This document shows, one piece after another, positions 1 to 18,400 of a DNA stretch of 64,000 nt. Position 1 is the first letter of the stretch. Each line of letters begins with the position of its first letter. Made by a program: the position numbers and the translations under genes. Source of the stretch: the human T2T-CHM13v2.0 reference genome, Homo sapiens. Location of the stretch: assembly GCF_009914755.1 (NCBI RefSeq), contig NC_060945.1. One strand, 5' to 3'. A model generated the notes under the pieces. The model was given only the letters and a program-made list of their open reading frames with translations, ran no database searches and was not told the origin of the DNA.

Positions 1-2320
1 TACAGGGTGTTTTGTGAACTATCCCTGCAATGGTCACCCAGGTGATGTACCACTTGTCAACGCTCTGCCTACAGGGGCATTGCGAGATATGTCTGCACTG
101 ATCACCTAGGTCAAGTAACTCTTTTATAAGCTCTGCCAACAGTGGCATTCTGACATATCTCTGCACTGATCACCCAGGTGACGTAACTCTTTTCTAGGAT
201 CTGCTTACAGGGTGCTTGGTGACATATCCCTGCAATGATCACCCAGGTGATGTACCACTTGTCAAGGCTCTGCCTACAGGGACATTGCGTTTTATCTCTG
301 CACTGATCACCTAGGTCATGTAACTCTTTTCTAGGCTCTGCCTATAGTGGCATTGTGACATATCTCTGCCCTGATCATCCAAGTGATGTAACTATTGTCT
401 AGGATCTGCCTAAAGGGACTTTGTGACATAACTCTGCACTGATCATCCAGGTGATGGGGCTTTTGTCTAGGCTCTCCTAAGGAGGCATTGTGACATATTT
501 TTGCACTGATCACCCAGGTGATGGACTCCTGTCTTGGATCTGCCTATGGGGGCATTGTGACATATCTCTGCACTGATCACACAGGTGATGTAACTGTTGT
601 ATAAGCTCTGCCTACAGGAGAATTGTGAGAGATCTCCCCACTTATCACTCAATTGATGTAACTATTGTCTAGGGTTTGCCTAAAGGGGGCTTTGTGACAT
701 ACCTTTTCACTGGTCACCCAGGTGATGTAACTCATCTAAGTTCTGCCTACAGAAGCTTTCTGAGATATCGCTGCACTGATCACTTAGGTGATGTAACACT
801 TTTATAAGCACTGCCTACAGGGAATTTTGACAAATCTCTGCACTGATAACGTAGGTGATGTAACTCTTTTCTAGGATCTGCCTACAGGGTGCTTTGTGAC
901 ATATCCCTGCAATGATCACCCAGGTGATGTACCACTTCTCAAGGCTCTGCCTACAGGGACATTGCGAAGTATCTCTGCACTGATCTCCGAGGTCATGTAA
1001 CTCTTGTCCACTCTCTGCCTATAGGGGGCATTGTGAAATATCTCTGCACTGATCACCCAGGTGTTGGGACTCTTCTCTATACTCTGCCTATAGGGGAATT
1101 TGTGACATACCTCTGCACTCATCACCCACGTGATGGAAGACTTGTCTGGTCTCTGTCTATGGTGGCATTGTGTCAAATATCTGCACTGATCACCCAGGTG
1201 ATTTAACTCTTGTCTAGGCTCTGTCTACAGGGATTTGTGTGACATATCACTGCACTGATCACCTAGATGATGTAAGCCTTGTTTAGGTTTGCCTACAGAA
1301 GGCTTTGTGACATATCTATGCACTGATCTCTGAGGTGATGCTACTCTTGTCTAGGCACTGCCTACAGGGGACATTGGTACATATCTCTGCACTGATCACC
1401 CAGGTGATGGACACTTGTCTTAGATCTGCCTACATGGACATTGTGACACATCTCTGAACTGATCAACCAAGTGATGAAATTCTTGTCTAGGCTCTGCCTT
1501 CAGGGCCTTTGTGACACATCTCTGCACTGATCACCCTGGGGAGGGAACTCTTGTCTACGCTCTGCCTACAGGAGGCTTTATGACTTTTACCTGCACTGAT
1601 AACCCAGGTGATGTAACACTTGTCTAGGCTCTGCCTACACGGGAATTCTCACATATCTCTGTACTGATCACCCGGGTGATGTAATTCCTTTCTAGGTTCA
1701 GCCTACAGGAGCGTTTTGACATATCTCTGCACTGATCACCCAGATGATGTAACCCTTGTCTAAGCTCTGCCTACAGGGGCATTGTGACAGATCTCTCCAC
1801 TGCTCACCCAGGTGATGTAACAATTGTCTGGGCTTTGCCTACAGGGGGCTTTGTGATATACATTTCCACTGATCAAACAGGTGATGTAACCCTTGTCAAG
1901 GTTCTGCTTACAGGGGCTTTGTGACATATCTCTACACTGATCACCCCAGGGAGGAAACACTTGTCTACTCTATGTCTACAGGAGACTTTACGACTTATCC
2001 CTGCACTGATCACTAGGTGATGTAACACTTGTCTAGGATCTGTCTGCACGGGAATTTTCACATATCGCTACATTGATCACCTAAGTGATGTAACCCTTGT
2101 TTACGTTCAGCCTACTGGGGATTTCTGACATAACTATGCACTGATCAACGAGTTGATGTATATCATTTCCAGGCTTTTGGTACAGGGGACATTGTGATGT
2201 ATCTCTGCACTGATCACCCAAATGATGCAAACCTTCTCTAGGCTCCGCACGGAGGAGGCATTGTGACATATTTCTGTACTGATCATCCAGGAGATTTAAC
2301 TATTCTCCAGGCTTTGACTA
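1..2320 (-). repeat. Beta satellite (68-bp Sau3A/BSR) array
   Basis: Tandem ~68-69 bp monomers; reverse complement reads GATCAGTGCAGAGATATGTCACAATGCCCCTGTAGGCAGAGCCTAGACAAGAGTTACATCACCTGGGT with one GATC per monomer. Confidence 0.97.
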
Positions 2321-5090
<2,770 letters not shown>

Positions 5091-8000
5091 TGAAACATCT
5101 CTGAACGGATCAACAAAGTGATGTAAGTCTTGTCTAGACTCTGCCTACAGGGGCTTTGTGATGTATCTCTGCACTGATCACCCAGGTGATGGGACACTTG
5201 TCTAGGCTCTGCCTATGACGGCATTGTGACATATCTCTACACTGACCACCAAGGTGATGTGAGTCTTTTGTTGGATCTGCCTCTGGGGGCATTGTGATAT
5301 ATTTCTGCACTGATCATCCAGGTGATGGGACTCTAGTCTAGGCTGGGTGTATGGGGCTTTGTGACATACCTTTGCACGGACCACCCAGGTGATGTAACTC
5401 ATCTAAGTTCTGCCTACAGGAGCTTTGTGACATATCTCTGCACTGATCACTTAGGTGATGTAACACTTTTATAAGCACTGCCTACAGGGAATTTTGACAA
5501 ATCTCTGCACTGATCACCTAGGTGATGTAACTCTTGTCCGCCCTCTGCCCAAAGGGGCATTGTGAAATATCTCTTAACTGATCACTCAGGTGATTCAACT
5601 CCTGTGTAGGATCTGCCTACAGCAGCGTTTTCACATATCCCTGAAATGATGACAAAGGTGATGTAACTCTTGCCTAGGCTTTGCCTACAGGGCACATTGT
5701 GACATATCTCTGCACTGATCACCCAGGTGATGCAATTCTTCTCTATGCTCTGCCTACAGGGGACATTGTGACATATCACTTCACTGATCACCCAGGTGAT
5801 GCAGCTCTTCTCTATGCTCTGCCTCCAGGGGTCATTGTGATATACCTCTTCACTGATCACCCAGGTGATGTAACTCTTGTCTAGGTTCTGCTTACAAGGG
5901 GTATTGTGACATATCTCTGCACTGATCACCTAAGTGATGTAACACTTGTGTAGGCTATGCCTACAGGGGCATTTAGACATATCTCTGCACTGTTAACCGA
6001 GGTGATGTAACTCTTGTCTAGGCTGTGCCCACAGGGTGATTGAGACATATCTCTGCACTGATCCCGAGGTTATCCAACTCTTGCTTGGTCTCTGCCTACT
6101 GGGGATATTGTGACATATCTCTGCACTGATCTCCCAGGTGCAGTAACTTTATTCTAGGCTCTGGCTACACTGCATTGTGACATATCACTGCACTGATCAT
6201 CCAAGTGATATAACTCTTGTCTAGTCTCTGCATACAGGATTCTTGTGACATATCTCTGCACTGATCACCCAGGTGATGTAACTGTTGTATAAGCCCTGCC
6301 TACAGGGGAATTATGAGAGATCTCGCCACTGATCACCGAAGTGATGTAACTATCGTCAAGGCTTTGCCTACAGGGGGCTTTGTGACATACCTTTGCACTG
6401 ATCACCCAGGTGATGTAGCTCATCTAAGTTCTGCCTACAGGAGCTTTGTGACATATCTCTGCACTGATCCCTTAGGTGATGTAATATTTTTATAAGCACT
6501 GCTACCGGGAATTTTGAAAAATCTCTGCACAGAACACCTAGGTGATGTAACTCTTGTCTACCCTCTGCCCAAAGGGGGCATTGTGAAATATCTCTGCACT
6601 GATCCACTAGGTGATGTAACTAGTGTCTATGCTCTGCCTACAGGGGCGTTTTCACATATCCCTGAACTGATGACAAAGGTGATGTAACTCTTGCCTAGGT
6701 TTTGCCTACAGGGCAAATTGTGACATATCTCTGCACTGATAACCCAGGTGATGCAACTCTTGTCTAGGATCTGCCTACAGCAGAATTTTCACATATCCCT
6801 GAACTGATGACAAAGGTGATGGAACTCTTGCCTAGGCTTTGCCTACAGGGGAAATTGTGACATATCTCTGCACTGATAACCCAGGTGATGCAACTCTTCT
6901 CTATGCTCTGCCTACAGGGGACATTGTGACATATCTCTGCACTGATAACCCAGGTGATGTAACTCTTGTCTAGGCTCTGATTACAGGGGGTATTGGGACA
7001 TATCTCTGCACTGATCACCTAAGTGATGTAACACTTGTGTAGGCTATGCCTACAGGGGCATTTTGACATATCTCTGCACTGTTAACCGAGGTGATGTAAC
7101 TCTTCTCAAGGCTGTCCCCACAGTGGGATTGAGACATATCTCTGCACTGATCCCGAGGTGATCCAACTCTTGCCTGGTCTCTGCCTACTGGGGACATTGT
7201 GACATATCTCTGCACTGATCTCCCAGGTGCAGTAACTTTAGTCTAGGCACTGGCTACATGGCATTGTGACATATCACTGCACTGATCACCCAGGTGTTAT
7301 AACTCTTGCCTAAGCTCTGCCTACAGGGTTCCTGTGACATATCTCTGCACTGATCATCCAGGTGATATAACTCTTCTTTAGGATCTGCCTACAGGGTGCT
7401 TTATGACATATCCCTGCAAAGATCACCCAGGTGATATACCCCTTGTCAAGGCTCTGCCTACAGGGGCATTGCGATGTATCTCTGCACTGATCACCTAGGT
7501 CATGTAACTCTTGTCTAGGCTCTGCCTACAGTGGCATTGTGACATATCTCTTCACTGATTACCCACGAGATGTAACTCTTTTCTAGGATCTGCCTACAGG
7601 GTGCTTGGTGACATATCCCTGCAATGATCAACCAGGTGATGTACCACTTGTCAAGGATCTGCCTACAGGGACATTGCAATGTATCTCTGCACTGATCACC
7701 TAGGTCCTGTAACTCTTTTCTAGGCTCTGCCTACAGTGGCATTGTGACATATCTCTGCACTGATCATCCAAGTGATGTAACTCTTGTCTAGGATCTGCCT
7801 AAAGGGACTTTGTGACATAACTCTGCACTGATCATCCAAGTGATGGGGCTTTTGTCTAGGCTCTGCCTAAGGGGGCATTGTGACATATTTCTGAACTGAT
7901 CAACCAGGTGACGGACTCTTGTCTTGGATCTGCCTATGGGGGCATTGTGACATATCTCTGCACTGATCACCCAGGTGATGCAAGTGTTGTATAAGCTGTG

Positions 8001-9714
8001 CCTACAGGGAAATTGTGAGAGATCTCTCCACTGACCATCCAAGTGATGTAACTATTGTCTAGGCTTTGCCTACATGGGGCTTTGTGACATACCTTTGAAC
8101 TGATCACACAGGTGATATAACTCATCTAAGTTCTGCCTACAGGAGTTTTGTGATATATCTCTGCACTGATCACCCAGGTGATGTAACTTTTGTCTAGGCT
8201 CCACCTACAAGGAGTATTGTGACGTATCTCTGCACTGATCACTCATGTGATGTAACTGTTGTCTAGGCTCCACCTACAGGGTGTATTGTGGCGTATCTCT
8301 GCAGTGATCGCGCTGGTGATGTAACATTTATCCAGGTGCTGCCTACTGGGGAGCTTTGACATAGCTCTGCACAGATCACCTAGGTTATGTAACCCTTGTC
8401 GACTCTCTGCCTACAGGGGGCATTGTGAAATATCTTTGCACTGATCACCCGTGTGATGGGACTCTTCTCTATACTCTGCCTATAGGGGGATTTGTGACAT
8501 ATCTGTGCACTGATCACCCAGGTGATGGAAGTCTTGTCTAGGCTCTGTCTATGGGAGCATTATGTCAAATATCTGCACTGATCACCCAGGTGATGTAACT
8601 CTTGTCTAGGCTCTGTCTACAGGGATTTTTGTGACATATCACTGCACTGATCACCTAGGTGGTGTAAGCCTTGTATGGGCGTTGCCTACAGAAGGCTTTG
8701 TGGCATATCTATGCTCTGATCTGTGAGGTGATGCATCTCATGCCTAGGCACTGCCTACAGGGGACATTGGTACATATCTCTGCACTGATCACCCAGGTGA
8801 TGGACCCTTGACTTAGATCTGCCTACATGGACATTGTGACACATCTCTGAACTGATCAACCATGTGATGAAACTCTTGTCTAGGATCTGACTACAGGGAC
8901 TTTGTGACACATCTCTGCACTGATCACTCTGGGGAGGGAACTCTTTTCTATGCTCTGCCTTCAGGAGGCTTTACGACTTATAACTGCACTGATAACCTAG
9001 GTGATGTAATACTTGTCTAGACTCTGCCTACACTGGAATTCTCACATATCTCTGCAATGATCACCCAGTTGATGTAACTCCTGTCTAGGTTCAGCCTACA
9101 GGAGCGTTTTGACATATGTCTGCACTGATCACCCAGGTGATGTAACCCTTGTCTAAGCTGTGCCTACAGGGGCATTGTGACAGATCTCTCCACTGCTCAC
9201 CCAGGTGATGTAACAATTATCTTGGCTTTGCCTACAGGGGGCTTTCTGATATACATTTCCACTGATGAAACAGGTGATGTAACCTTTGTCAAAGTTCTGC
9301 TTACAGGGGCTTTGTGACATATCTCTGTACTGATCACCCCAGGGTGGAACCACTTTTCTGCACTCCGCCTACAGGAGGCTTTACGACTTATCCCTGCACT
9401 GATCACTAGGTGATGTAATACTTGTCTAAGCTCTGTCTACAAGGGAATTTTCACATATCTCTATACTGATCACCTAAGTGATGTAACCCTTGTCTAGGTT
9501 CAGCCTACTGGGGATTTCTGACATACCTATGCACTGATCACTGAGGTGATGTAAATCATTTCCAGGCTTTCTGTACGGGGGACATTGTGATATATCTCTG
9601 CACTTATCACCCAAATGATGCAAATGTTTTCTAGACTCCACAGGGAGAGGGCATTGTGACATATTTCTGAACGGATCATCTAGGAAGATGTAACTATTCT
9701 CCAGGCTTTGACTA
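5091..9714 (-). repeat. Beta satellite array
   Basis: Continuous diverged 68-bp monomers. Confidence 0.97.
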
Positions 9715-10419
9715 AAGAGCATCGGAAGGTGTTGGGAGAGCCTCAGCCGGAACTTCATGGATGGACAAGGGCACAGAGAGGCCAGCGGGCTCCCTTGCAC
9801 ATCAGCCGGGGTGCCCAATGAGCGCAGGTCTAGCCAGGAAGCCGGCAAAGAGAGCTAGAGGTCTGCGTTCTGCCGCCAGGTGCTCCATGGTGGCAGCTGG
9901 GAGGCTGCAGGGGTACGGGCGGGTCGGCGACAGTAGCGTGGAGGCGCAGAGGAGGCAAGCCACTGAGGGGTGACAGGCCTGGACGCTGCGCGGGCCCGGT
10001 GTTTCATGGGATGGGGGTCTCCACCTATCCCAGTGGAGGACTCATTTCCTGGGGGTGTGGGGTAGGGTTTGGGTGGGGGTGGTCAGCCGTGGGTGGGTTG
10101 GTGGAAAAGCATGAGAGCTCTGTCTGGGCTGCTCCCACAGCACAGGCGGCTGCCCGCAAAGCCGCGCGTGCACAGTAGGCGGCACACATGCTGGTACCTG
10201 TGCCGGCTCTGGGATCCCCGTGATGCCCAGGAAAGAATGGCAGTTCTCCACTGTGAGGAGCCTCTAACCCGGCCTAGACCTAGAAGGCAGGAATCCCAGG
10301 GCGGTCAGCCCGGTGGAGGGAGCGTGGGGAAGACACGCCCCTCCATACTCAGCCAGGTGTTCCCCGTGAAAGAGAGGCCACCGCCCTACCCAGACCCGAC
10401 CACGACCCCACCCTGCGTC

Positions 10420-11894
<1,475 letters not shown>

Positions 11895-12480
11895 ACACCG
11901 GTAGGTTCCCAGGGCTTAGAGGCCTGCGGCCGGGGATGGTTTCGTGGAGGGGGGGAGGGCGTGGTGATGGTGGTCGTGGGGTCAGAGAGACGAAAGGAAG
12001 GGGGCGATGGGGAAGGGGTAACGGTGCCGCGTTTCGGGGGCTGGATCTCCGGACCTTTCCAGGAATCCCGCGGGAACTGGAAGCCACTCTCTGGGCACCC
12101 ACGCATCATCAGCAGGGAGAAACCGGCTTGGGACGGTGGAGGGGAGTGTGGAACTGAACCTCCAATGCAGTCTTGAGTGTTCCAGGCCCTCTCTCCGTGA
12201 AGAAGAGTTCCTGTTGGTGTCACCGTTACCGGGACAGTCTCACACGCCCAGGCTTGTGGCTCTCGTTCATTTCCGTGCAGGAGACCAGAGTGAGATCCCA
12301 GAGAGAAGATGCAACCCGGCGTGATGGCCTGATGATGGATTCCCGTGTGTGACAACATGGGGAGTCTGCAGTGTGGCCGGTTTGGAAACTGGGAAGGAGA
12401 GCGAAGGCACCGTGCCGGTCTTCCACCCTTCCCTGCATGTTTCCGGGTGCCCGCATAGCTCCGGCAGCAAACAGTCAGCA

Positions 12481-15400
12481 TGACACATCTCTGAACTGAT
12501 CAACAAAGTGATGTAACAATCGTCTAGGCTCTAACAACAGGGGCTTTGTGACATATCTCTGCACTGATCACCCAGGTGATGGGACTTTTGTTTAGGCTCT
12601 GCCTATGGTGACATTGTGACATAGTTCTGCACTGATCACACAGGTGATGGGACACTTGTCTAGGCTCTGTGTATGGGGGCTTTGTGACATATCTCTATAC
12701 TGATCCCCCAGGTGATGTAACGCTTGACTAGGCTCTGCCTACGGGGCATAGTGACATATCACTGCATTGATCACCGAGGTGATGTAACTCTTGTCCAGGC
12801 TCTGCCTATAGGGGGCCTTGTGACATATCTCTGCACTGATCATCTCGGTGATGTAACTCTTGCTTACGCTCTGCCTGCAGGGGCATTGTGAAATATGTCT
12901 GCACTGATCACCCAGGTGATGGGACTCTTCTCTAGGCTCTGCCTACTCGGGGCATTGTCACATATTTCTGCACTGATCACCCAGGTGACGGACACTTGTC
13001 TTGGATTTGCCTATGGGGGCATTGTGACATATCTCTGCACTGATCACCCAGGTGATGTAACTCTGGTCTAAGCTCTGCCTAAATGGACATTGTGACAGAT
13101 CTCTGCAATGATCACTCAGGTGATATAACAATTGTCTAGGCTCTGCTTAAAGGGGCCTTGTCACATATCTCTGCACTGATCACCCAGGTGATGTAACACT
13201 TGTCTAGGCTCTGCTTACAGGGGGTATTGTGACATATCTCTGCACTGATCACCTAAGTGATGTAACACTTGTGTAGGCTCTGCCTACAGGGGCATTTTGA
13301 CATTTCTCTGCACTGTTAACCGAGGTGATGTAACCCTTGTCTAGGCTGTGCCCACAGGGTGATTGAGACATATCTCTGCACTGATCCCGAGGTGATCCAA
13401 CTCTTGCCTGGTCTCTGTCTACTGGGGACATTGTGATATATCTCTGCACTGATCTCCCAAGTGCTGTAACTTTACTCTAGGCTCTGGCTACACGGCATTG
13501 TGACATATCACTGCACTGATCACCCAGGTGATATAACTCTTGTCTAGGCTCTGCCTACAGGGGGCTTGTGACATATATCTGCACTGATCACCCAGGTGAT
13601 ATAACTCTCGTCTAGGCTCTGCCTACAGGGTGCTTTGTGACATGTCCCTGCACTGATCACCCAGGTGATGGGACTCTTGTCTAGGCTCTGCCAAAAGTGA
13701 CATTGTGACATATCTCTGCACTGATCACCCAGGTGATGTAACTCTTTCCTAGGATCTGCTTACAGGGTACTTTGAGACATATCCCTGCAATGATCACCCA
13801 GGTGATGTACCACTTGTCAAGGCTCTGCCTACAGGTACATTGCGAAGAATTTCTGCAATGATCACCTAGGTCATGTAACTGATTGATGTAACTATTGTCT
13901 AGGATCTGCCTAAAGGGACTTTGTGACATAACTCTGCACTGATCATCCAGGTGATGGGGCTTTTGTCTAGGCTCTGCCTAAGGGGCATTGTGACATATTT
14001 CTGCACTGATAACCCAGGTGACGGATTCCTGTCTTGGATCTACCTATGGGAGCATTGTGACATATCTCTGCACTGATCACACAGGTGATGTAACTGTTGT
14101 ATAAGTTCTGCCTACAGGGGAATTGTGAGAGATCTCGCCACTGATCACTCAATTGATGTAACTATTGTCTAGGCTTTGCCTAAAGGTGGCTTTCTGACAT
14201 ACCTTTTCACTGATCACCCAGGTGATGTAATTCTTCTAAGTTCTGCCTACAGGAGCTTTCGGACATATCTCTGCACTGATCACTTAGGTGATGTAACACT
14301 TTTATAAGCACTGCCTACAGGGAATTTTGACAAATCTCCACACTGATAACCTAGGTGATGTAACTCTTTTCTAGGATCTGCCTACAGGGTGCTTTGTGAC
14401 ATATCCCTGCAATGATCACCCAGGTGATGTACCACTTGTCAAGGCTCTGCCTACAGGGACATTGTGATGTATCTCTGCACTGATCACCTAGGTCATGTAA
14501 CTCTTGTCTAGGCTCTGCCTACAGTGGCATTGTGACATATCTCTGCACTGATCATCCACGTAATGTAACAGTTGTATAAGCTCTGCCTACAGGGGAATTG
14601 TGAGAGATCTCTCCACTGATCACGCAAGTGATGTAACTATTGTCTAGGCTTTGCCTACAGGGGGCTTTGTGACGTACCTTTGCACTGATCACCCAGGTGA
14701 CGTAACTCATGTAAGTTCTGCCTACAGGAGCTTTTTGACATATCTCTGTACTGATCACTTACGTGTTGTGACACTTTTATAAGCACTGCCTACAGGGAAT
14801 TTTGACAAATCTCTGCACTGATCACCTAGGTGATGTAACTCTTGTCTACACTCTGCCCAAAGGGGGCATTGTGAAATATCTCTGCACTGATCACCCACGT
14901 GATTCAACTCTTGTCTAGGATCTGCCTACAGGGGGTATTGTGAGATATCTCCTCACTGATCAACTAGGTGATGTAAATATTGTCTAGGCTCTGCGTACAG
15001 GGGCATTTTCACATATCCCTGTACTGATGACAAAGGTGATGTAACCCTTGCCTGGGCATTGCCTACAGGGGATGTTGTGACATAAGTCTGCACTGATCAC
15101 CCAGGTGATGCACCTGTTCTCTATGCTCTGCCTACAGAGGACATTGTGACATATCTCTGCACTGATCACCCAGGTGATGTCACTTTTCTCAAGGATATGT
15201 CTACAGGGACATTGTGACACGTCACTGCACTGATCACACAGCTGATGTAACTACTGTGTAGGCTCTGGCTACAGGGGGCTTGTGACACATCTCTGCACTG
15301 ATCACCCAGGTGATGTAACCTTTGTCTAGGCTCTGCCAAAAGAGGGCATTATGACATAACTCTGCACTGATCACCCAGGTGATGGGACTCCTGTCTAGGC

Positions 15401-18400
15401 TAAGCCTACAGGGGCATTGTGACATATCTCTGCAGTGATCACGCAGGTGATATAACTGTTGTCTATATCTGCCTACTGGCGGCATTGTGGCATATTTCTG
15501 CACTGATCACCCAGGTGATGGACTCTTGTCTTGGATCTGCCTATGGGGGCATAGTGACACGTCTCTGCAGTGATCACTCATGTGATGTAACGCTTGTCTA
15601 AGCTGCGTCTAAAGGGGAGTTGTGACAGATATCTCCACTGATTACCCAGGTGATGTAACAAACAAATTTCCGCGATTTCTCTACAGGGCCTTTGTGACAT
15701 ATCTTTGCACTGATAACCCTGGAGATGTAACTCTTGTCTAGGCTCGGCCTACAGGGGCTGTGTGACATATTTCTGCACTGATCACCCAGGTTATGTAACT
15801 CTTGTCTATGCTCCACCTACAGGTGGTATTGTGACGTATCTCTGCACTTCTCACACAGGTGATGTAACTCTTGTCTAGGCTCCACCTACAGGGTGTATTG
15901 TGACATATCTCTGCACTGATCACCCATGTGATGTAATATTTATCTAGGCTCTGCCTACTGGGGCGTTTTGACATAGCTCTGCACAGATCACCTGGGTTAT
16001 GTAACTCTTGTCCACTCTCTGCCTATAGGGGGCATTGTGAAATATCTCTGCACTGATCACCCAGGTGATGGGACTCTTCTCTATACTCTGCCTATAGGGG
16101 GATTTGTGACATATATCTGCACGGATCACCCAGGTGATGGAAGTCTTGTCTAGGCTCTGTCTATGGGGTCATTGTGTCAAATATCTGCACTGATCACCCA
16201 GGTGATGTAACTCTTCTCTAGGCTCTGTATACAGGGATTTTTGTGACGTATCACTGCCCTGATCACCTAGGTGATGTAAGCCTTGTATGGGCTTTGCGTA
16301 CAGAAGGCTTTGTGACATATCTATGCACTGATCTCTGAGGTGATGCAACTCTTGTCTAGTCACTGCCTACAGAGGACATTGGTACATATCTCTGCAGTGA
16401 TCACCCAGGTGATGGACTCTTGTCTTAGATCTGCCTACATGGACATTTTGACACATCTCTGACCTGATCAACCAAGTGATGAAACTCTTGCCTAGGCTCT
16501 GCCTAAATGGGCTTTGTGACACATCTCTGAACTGTTCACCCTGGGGAGGGAACTCTAGTCTACGCTTTGCCTACAGGGGGCATTGTGAAATATCTCTGCA
16601 CTGATCACCCAGGTGATGGGACTCTTCTTTATACTCTGCCTATAGGGGGATTTGTGACATATATCTGCACGGATCACCCAGGTGATGGAAGTCTTGTCTA
16701 GGCTCTGTCTATGGGAGCATTATGTCAAATATCTGCACTGATCACCCAGGTGATGTAACTCTTGTCTAGGCTCTGTCTACAGGGATTTTTCTGACACATC
16801 ACTGCCCTGATCACCTAGGTGATGTAAGCCGTGTATGGGCTTTGCGTACAGAAGGCTTTGTGACATATCTATGCACTGATCTCTGAGGTGATGCAACTCT
16901 TGTCTAGTCACTGCCTACAGAGGACATTGGTACATATCTCTGCAGTGATCACCCAGGTGATGGACTCTTGTCTTAGATCTGCCTACATGGACATTTTGAC
17001 ACATCTCTGACCTGATCAACCAAGTGATGAAACTCTTGCCTAGGCTCTGCCTAAATGGGCTTTGTGACACATCTCTGAACTGTTCACCCTGGGGAGGGAA
17101 CTCTAGTCTACGCTCTGCCTACAGGAGGCTTTTTGAGTTATACCTGTACTGATCATCTAGGTGATGTAACACTGGTCTAGAGTCTCCCTTCACCGGAATC
17201 CTCACATATCTCTGCACTGATCATCCAGTTGATGTAACTCATTTCTAGATTCAGACTACAGGAGTGTTTTGACATATCTCTGCACTGATCAACCAGTTGA
17301 TGTAACCCTTGACTAAGCTCTGCCTACAGGGGCATTGTGGCAGATCTCTCCACTGCTCACCCAGGTGATGTAACAATTGTCTGGGCTTTGCCTACAGGGG
17401 GCTTTGTGATATACATTTCCACTGATCAAACAGGTGATGTAACCCTTGGCAAATTTCTGCTTACAGGGGTATTGTGAAATAACTCTGCACTGATCAACTA
17501 GGGGATGTAACTCTTGTCTAGGCTCTCCCTACATGGGTGTTTTCACATATCCCTGAACTGATGAGAAAGATGATGTAACTCTTGCCTAGGCTTTGCCTAC
17601 AGGGGATATTGTGACATATCTCTGCACTGATCTCCCAGGTGATGCAACTCTACTCTATGCTCTGCCTACAGGGGACATAGTGACATATCTCTGCACTGAT
17701 CACCCAGGTGATGGGACTTTTGTCTAGGCTCTGCCTATGGGTGCATTGTGACATATCTCTACACTGATCACCCTGGTGATGTAACTCTTGTGTTGGATCT
17801 GCCTATGGGGGCATTGTGACATATTTCTGCACTGATCACCCAAGTGATGGGACTCTTATCTAGGCTCTGTGTATGGGTGCTTTGTGACATATGTCTGCAC
17901 TGATCACCAAGGTGATGTAACGCTAGACTAGGCTCTGCCTACGAGGCATAGTGACAATCACTGCATTGATCACCGAGGTGATGTAACGCTTGTCCAGGCT
18001 CTGCCTATACGGTGCCTTGTGACATATCTCTGCACTGATCATGGAGGTAATGTAACTCTTGCTTGTGCTCTGCCTGCAGGGCAGAGATATTGTCAAATAT
18101 TTCTGCAATGATCACCCAGGTGATGGGACTCTTTTCTAGGCTCTGCCTACTGGGGGCATTGTCACATGTTTCTGCACTGATCACCCAGGTGACGGACTCT
18201 TGTCTTGGATTTGCCTATGGGGGCATTGTGACATATCTCTGCACTGATCACCCAGGTGATGTAACTCTGGTCCAAGATCTGCCTAGAGGGGCATTGTGAC
18301 AGATCTCTGCACTGATCACTCAGGTGATGCAACTCTTGTCTATGCTCTGCTCATAAGGGCCTTGCACATATCTCTGCACTGATCACGCAGGTGATGTAAC

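Noticed and set aside
13877-13890. DUX4 binding site (TAACTGATTGATG)
   Set aside because: Does not fit TAAYBYAATCA on either strand; it is a deletion junction
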